Shown in pieces: positions 58,276 to 64,000 of a stretch of DNA of 64,000 bases. The stretch comes from Dudresnaya verticillata (lineage: Eukaryota): NCBI GenBank assembly GCA_977862235.1, contig OZ374559.1, forward strand, positions 2,604,001-2,668,000, given 5' to 3'. A program made the translations under genes and the position numbers. Each line of letters begins with the position of its first letter. Position 1 is the first letter of the stretch. The notes below the pieces were generated by a model that had not been told where the DNA came from, did no database searches, and was given only the letters and a program-made list of their open reading frames with translations.

Positions 58276-58505
58276 GTTGAAACGAGTCGTGCAGATGCAC
58301 TTCGTTATTGTGCAGTGCATCGAACCCAGCTGGGTATGGGAGTGAAAGGCGCTGGCGCTGTGCATTAGGAGAATGAAAAAACGGTTAATAGACCTCATTT
58401 TTTCTCTTTTTTAGACAATCAGAAACTGTAAAAAATATATATTCCGCATATCCAGAACAGTGTTTCAAAATAGACATTCAGGTGCCATTTTTACCCCGTG
58501 GTGAT

Positions 58506-59631
58506 CGGGGCCGATGGGCTTTTCTATGTGCTGCTCATACGAGATGACTTATCGTCGTATATTTGGCTCTGCCCAAGTAGTGCTGCCAACTCGCGTGTTG
58601 TAGCAGAGAACCTGTCCAAGTGGATTCGAGTATTTACAGCTATGGGATATTGGGTGAGCGACCAAGGTTCGCACTTTAAGAATCAAGTAATGGAGGAATT
58701 GGCCAAAACCTACAGGATTAAGCATCAGTTTACTGTAGCATACTCACCGTGGGTGAATGGTACGGTCGAGGTGTGCATGAGGCACGTCCGGGCTGCTTGC
58801 ACTGCACTTTTATCCGAGCTGCAGTTAGGACCTCAAGACTGGCCCCTTGTGATTGACATGGTTATGTCAGCCTTGAATGAGGCGCCGCTAAAAAGGTTGG
58901 GGAAACGTTCCGATGGTACTTACCGTACCCCTCTTGAAGTCATGACGGGAATCAGACCTCGACGGGAAAACTTTATCATGCAGCGTGGTACAGTTCACGA
59001 GCCTGTTGAGATTGATGCAGTACGAGTACGACAAATTATCAAGATTGATCAGTTGCAACAGGGTCTAGAGTTGATGCATAAGGATGTTTCGTCTCGCATG
59101 GAAGCAAATAGAATGAAACATATACAGGATCACAACAAACGCACAAACCTGGTGAGTCCCAACTTCGAAATTGGTGACTTTGTGGTTGTCCGTCGAGCTC
59201 AAGATCGTGGGCATAAGTTAAAGTTCAGATGGATTGGCCCCCGTCGTGTCTCCCGGGCTATTGGTGATACTGTTTATGAAGTCTCTGGTCTAGTTGATGG
59301 AAAACTTGAAATCGTCCATGCCTCTAGGATGCAACTTTATCGCGCAAAATTAGACGGTGCTGAGGTTTCTAGGAAACTAATTCGTCAAGCAGAACATATC
59401 GAGTCTAAATTTGAGATGGTTGACAAACTACTGGACATAGGAGAGGCGGATGATGGTCTATTTGTGCAGGTACAATGGCTTGGTCAGCCAGATAAGGTTG
59501 ACTGGACATGGCAGTCGATTGCACAGCTGTATGAAGACGTCCCTGAAAAGTTACAGGCATTTTTGCGCAAGACGCGGAAAAGAAAGCTCGCCAAGAAAGC
59601 ACGAGCTGAACTACATCTCTCTGAAGAGTAA
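58506..59631 (+). pseudogene. Gypsy pol, 3' part: integrase core, GPY/F and chromodomain
   Basis: LIRDDLS, VSDQGSHF, YSPWVNGTVE, KLKFRWIGP, VQWLG..DKVDWTWQ. Confidence 0.92.
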
Positions 59632-59669
59632 TGCACACGCAGAAATACTCCAGCGTATGCATGGGGCCG

Positions 59670-59948
59670 TGTAGAGAGTTGTTAGAAACAGAACAAGTCG
59701 ATAGCTTCAAGCCGTGAACTTGAAGCAGAACAAGCCGATAGCTTCAAGCCGTGAACAGTAGTGTTTAATTTTGAATGTTGCGTGGTTCAAAGCCAGCCGT
59801 TCTGGATTGGCCGTGAACCGCTTTGTGCTCTCGAGATGAGCAGCAATACAGTAGTAGATAAAGGCTCTCTCTCCTCCGAGGGAAAGAGGAGAGAGGCAAG
59901 AATTTTTGAACAACAGAGTTGGAGTGCTAGGACGCGCCGGAGTTTACA
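59670..59948 (+). repeat. 3' LTR (279 bp)
   Basis: Four substitutions versus the 5' LTR by manual comparison; preceded by short G-rich atggggccg. Confidence 0.95.
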
Positions 59949-60277
59949 ATTGGACGTTCATGTTTTCTCAGATCCATCCCACGTACAACAGCACGGACAA
60001 CAACGACAGCGTTGACAGCCCTTACACCTCTAAATGGATCTGCTGGGCATCACGTCCTTTTTTGTGTCCGGGCATGGATAGTTTGTCTATTCACGCTGAA
60101 GCTAGAGTACATGCGAGGCACGAGCGGAATAATTCCTTCTATTCCGGGACTTTGCCACGTTGATGTTTGTTTCGTTGCGTCGAAAAGATGGATTGTGTGG
60201 ACAATCAGGTACAAGACCTCTGAACGGAAGCAGCGCAGCTCGTAATCATTATCTACTTACCGATTGCCCTTCGAACA

Positions 60278-63200
60278 TTGGTGCAATACTGGGACCTTGG
60301 GGGTCAGGCAGAGTACCTCAGTGTTCCCGCAATCTTGATCCGCCGCGCTTCCATTTTTGTTTTCGTGGTAGATCTGAAAAGGTTTGCGTCAGAAGTCACC
60401 CAAGAGGACGAAGTGTTAGAACTATGCAACTGGATGCAAATGGCACATGCGTCTTCGCAAAACCCGAAAAATGTTTGGATGATAATGGTGGGAACCAGGA
60501 AGGCAGATGTTGAAAGCCCTGAAGACTTGTTTGAGCAGCTGCGACAAAAACTACGAAAGCATCTCGGAAGGGCTGTATACGATGACTGGGTACGTGAGAA
60601 GAGTGATGTCGACAAATGCAAGTGTCGGTGGGTTGCCATCGAGAACAACAACAGCAGTGCTGAACAAGACCGTGCCCGGTCAGGCGTTTTGGAACTAGAG
60701 AAGAGAATCAAGGAGGAGAGTGATGAAATTGTTGACGGAAGGGAACGAGTTCCAGTTCGATGGGCTGCCCTCAGGGAAGCGATTTGGTCACACGCCACTG
60801 AAAGCCAAAAGGTCTTTCTGGCAATGACAGAATTCCAGAGCCATGCTGCCAGACTTCCCGGATTCCCTAGTGACAAGGAGGAGAGAGAAGCAGACGTTGA
60901 GAAATGTGTCCAATTCCAGGATCAACAAGGGCATATCGTCGAAGTTGAGACGGGCGAGGGATGGTACGTGATGTTGTTCTTTAATTTTTGTTTATAGTGG
61001 TCCTACGCGGGCAGCTTAGGCCCATGTGCAGGCGCACTTGAGGGTCCGCAAAAAACGGGGGCTTGTGGACTTATGTATATATGTCTTGTTGCGTGCTTTG
61101 GGACTATGGGCTATCTTTCACGAGGGCACAGTATGGCGGTGGGGGACGGGGGGTGGATGATCTTGTGCGCATAGTCGGCGGATGTTGTCAATGGCGGTTG
61201 AGATAGCGGTAAGGTCTGAGGGGCTGTTCGCGGGGTGTGACAATTTTTGAAGGACTGCGGCTTGTTCACGAAGTTCAGAACGTGTGACTGCGCAGGAGGG
61301 TGGAATTGGGAAGGTGCCAAGATGCCACCGAACCGCAACTTTACGGTCGCGGTAGTTAGAAAGCCTGAGCGCGGGGGGTAGGGACGATGTATTTTGGACC
61401 GGCGCAGACCGCCGGCCTGCGACGGCCGACTTCCATGCGGCAAGGATCCGCGCCTGGATGACAGGATGTGGCGTGGGTGTTAGGGTTTGTTCCATCTCCG
61501 GAAGACTCCGTAAGGCACGCATAGTGTCCTTGGCATGCCACGCTGATGGAAGATTGCTTCTGGAGAGTTTGGAGATTGCAGTGATCCACTTGGTTTGTAT
61601 TGCTGCTTGTCTGAGCAACGGGGGAGGGAATCTGAATAATGCTCGGAGTCTGGCGATTCTCCGCGTTGGGAGTCGGGACGACTGCTGCGCAATACAGATG
61701 CGGAAGAATTGGGAGTCGAGTTGATCGATTGCACTGAGGATCGGAGGGTCGAGAGGTACGAGGGCAATACAGTGCTCATAGACTGGGCGGACGAAGGAGT
61801 TGTACACGAATTGGGCTGCATGGGCGGGCATGGATGATGACAGGGATCCAGTGTGCACCAGTGACGTTCCCATAGCTCGCGCTGCAGTTAGCCTTTGCAG
61901 GGTTATTTTGTTACCCACTCCGGTTGCTGAGATGTCAACGCCGAGGTACCGAGTTGATTGTTGATGCGGTATCCGTTTCTTATCAATGTGGAACAAGGTT
62001 GTCGTCGCCCTTCCCCTGTGTCGCGTGGGTAGTATGATCGAGTATTTGGGCACCGACCACTGCATTCCGAATGAATTGGCCCATTCGTCGCACACAGCAA
62101 GGGCAAGTCGGAGCTCAGTTGGGGAGGACACATGCAGGAGACAGTCATCCGCGAAGAGGCGGCCCGGCAGGTTTGCATGCGATCTGTCGAGTTGGGTGCA
62201 GAGTTTGTACGCGAGGACGTCTATGAAGAGGTTGAACAGTATTGGGCTTAAGGGTGAGCCCTGTACCACGCCCGTACGGATTTCGCCGTAGGTACAGGTT
62301 CGTCCCCGACCGTGCTAATGCGTAACGGTCCGAGCAGCGTGGTGATCATCGCAACTAGATGGGGGGTAGCCGATCCGCGCACAGATTCAGGAGCTTCGTC
62401 CTATCGACCCGGTCATAGGCGCTTTTGAGGTCTAATACTGCTTTGTAGTCGTCTCCGGAGTGTTGTGCCGCTATTGCCATTGCCACTGCCATTTCCGTCC
62501 GTATGTTTGGCTGAAACCCGAGCTGCATTCTATGTGGGGTGAAGCAAGCTTGCACTTCATATGCTATTGCTTTTTCGATGACTTTGCGGGCATGGGAAAG
62601 CAGGCAAATTGGGCGGTAGTTCCCTGGATCCGCTTGGCAACCGCGTTTATGCACAGGCACGAGTGACCCGACCGTCCAGGTTTCAGGGAGAATTGAAAAA
62701 TCACCGCAGCGTTTCCACATCCAGAAGAGTAGTTCTGCGGAGAGTTCGGGGCACAGTTGTAGCATCTCGATATGTATGTCGTCCCTGCCCGTCGCGGTCC
62801 CTCGAGATATGTTTTTCAGGGCGCATGTGATGCTTCGTTGGAAACGCGGAGGTACGTAGAATGTTCGAGGCTTTGGTGCCGCGGGGGTGTCTCTAGATGT
62901 ATCTGTGACAGTATCCATGGTACGTGTTCCCAGATCCGAGCACAAGTTTGGACTTTATTCGGGAGGTCACGGGCCCGGCGGCATTCATACGAGAACGACT
63001 GGATAAAGAAGAAGCGAAAGAGTTTGAAAGGAGTTTGCAATCTCTGGGACAGCATTAAGCAGACGGTTATCGGAATGGGTTGATACCCCGTGAAGGACTG
63101 GAGGTACTGTGGTGTAAATACCCATCGGCTGTCCGAACAGTCATGCTTGACATTCTTTGTCAATTTGACATCATCATGCGCCTTCAGGCTGTGGAAGGAG

Positions 63201-64000
63201 CGGACGGTGAACAGAACGAGCTAATCGGGATACCTTCACTGCTGCCAAAGGGTTGGGAAGGGTTCTCGTGTGACACAAAGAACGGAGAGAGTGAACTAAT
63301 TTTGCGAACAGAGTTTGTTGATACCATTCCGCCAAGTCTGACAGGGTCACTGATCGCGTACCTTCACCGAACCATTGGAATAGAGCGGACAAAACCGCCC
63401 GAGCTTCGTCAAGATGCCGTCATCCTGACCCTTGCGGGAGCATGCCGAGTCGTGGTTCGCTTTATTCCAGAAAAGAGATGGATCGACTGGACTATAAGGG
63501 CGGATGCCGATGAAGCGCTGCAGGTTGCGCACCAGTGTTTGCGGGGCATGGAAAGTTTTTTGAAGGGACCACTGCATGGGAGCAATGTAAGCTGGAAAGA
63601 TTATCTGATCACCGACTGCCCTAAGGAATTACGCGGGGTGTGTGGAAGTTCCAGTAGCGTGCAGTTAAGTATCCGTCGGAGTTGGGTAACAAGTACGCAG
63701 TGCCAGCCACTGGACCCAGCAGAAGGAACTTGCGTTTGCGAGCAGCTTTGGACTTTCAAGCGATTGAAGCCGCACATCCTCAAAGGAGCAAGCACGGGCT
63801 CAGGTCCGCGTCCTGTTGACGTGCGACTAGCTGCAAGACCTTTCGATGTATTTATCAGCCACGCAAGGAGCGAGAAGGGGTGCCTCGCCGTGCCGGTAAT
63901 GAATGCAATGGGCACAAAGGTCAGTTGTTTCTTAGATGAGAATAGCCTCGAGGTATCCACAAAGACGAATAAGGACCAAATTATGGCTGCAATTCGAGGG
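60278..64000 (+). pseudogene. Roco-type gene: partial Roc GTPase - COR - TIR, disrupted by a LINE and a TAA stop; continues past the window end
   Basis: YWDLGGQAEY (G3), IMVGTRKAD (G4-like), ERVPVRW; after LINE removal WYV|FPDP is in frame; stop at 63056-63058; open frame 63059-64000 with GLIPREGLEVLW, IPSLLP, then FDVFISHA...CFLDENSL from 63842. Confidence 0.82.
60971..62916 (-). mobile_element. 5'-truncated LINE with RT domain and 10-bp TSD ATGGTACGTG
   Basis: NYRPICLLS, QLGF, LDLKSAYDRV, QGSPLSPILFNLFID, FADD, YLGV; TSD at 60961-60970 and 62917-62926. Confidence 0.93.

Larger units (their letters stand above)
28397..58503. mobile_element. Giant (30,107 bp) TIR DNA transposon, CMC (CACTA/EnSpm/Plavaka-like) superfamily
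   Basis: TIR CACCACGGGGTAAAA at 28397-28411 and TTTTACCCCGTGGTG at 58489-58503; AT duplicated at 28395-28396 and 58504-58505; empty site reads F-L-F-M-G-I-G-A-D-G-L-F-Y in frame; internal transposase. Confidence 0.92.
24462..59948 (+). mobile_element. Chromodomain-bearing Ty3/Gypsy LTR retrotransposon (about 5.4 kb native) interrupted by a 30.1-kb DNA transposon
   Basis: Paired TG...CA LTRs; gag-PR-RT-RNaseH-INT-chromodomain order; flanks ATTA / ATTG (4-bp TSD with one mismatch). Confidence 0.93.

Noticed and set aside
28397..58503. Polinton/Maverick, Helitron, Starship or endogenous giant virus
   Set aside because: No protein-primed PolB, packaging ATPase, capsid, Rep-helicase or tyrosine recombinase motifs recognised; short TIRs, 2-bp TSD and a DDE transposase fit CMC.
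1..64000. tRNA or rRNA genes
   Set aside because: None recognised by eye; tRNAscan-SE and Infernal were not run.

Overview
Eukaryotic, intron-poor, transposon-dense window; a red alga is inferred from the FAS1-Hint gene and the nuclear transit-peptide-like gatA, but this is not proven. The main structure is nested. A 30,107-bp DNA transposon (28397-58503) has 15-bp TIRs CACCACGGGGTAAAA, a 2-bp AT target-site duplication, a CMC/EnSpm-Plavaka-type transposase and a 93-95-bp subterminal tandem array. It sits inside the integrase gene of a chromodomain Ty3/Gypsy LTR retrotransposon (24462-59948, 279-bp LTRs with 4 differences), and removing it restores the integrase frame exactly. Its cargo includes a divergent pair of large paralogous genes ending in a 2OG-Fe(II) dioxygenase-like domain (one keeps HxD...H...R, the other lacks it), a Tudor/PWWP-like ORF, an ORF with SF2/SNF2-like motif remnants, other large orphan ORFs and an internally deleted gatA fragment. 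Outside it lie a 4x peptidoglycan-binding-domain protein, a secreted fasciclin-Hint protein, an inverted ~3-kb gene duplication, a LINE-disrupted Roc-COR-TIR gene running off the right edge, and many LINE and RLE non-LTR relics. All family assignments come from motif recognition by eye; no searches were run.
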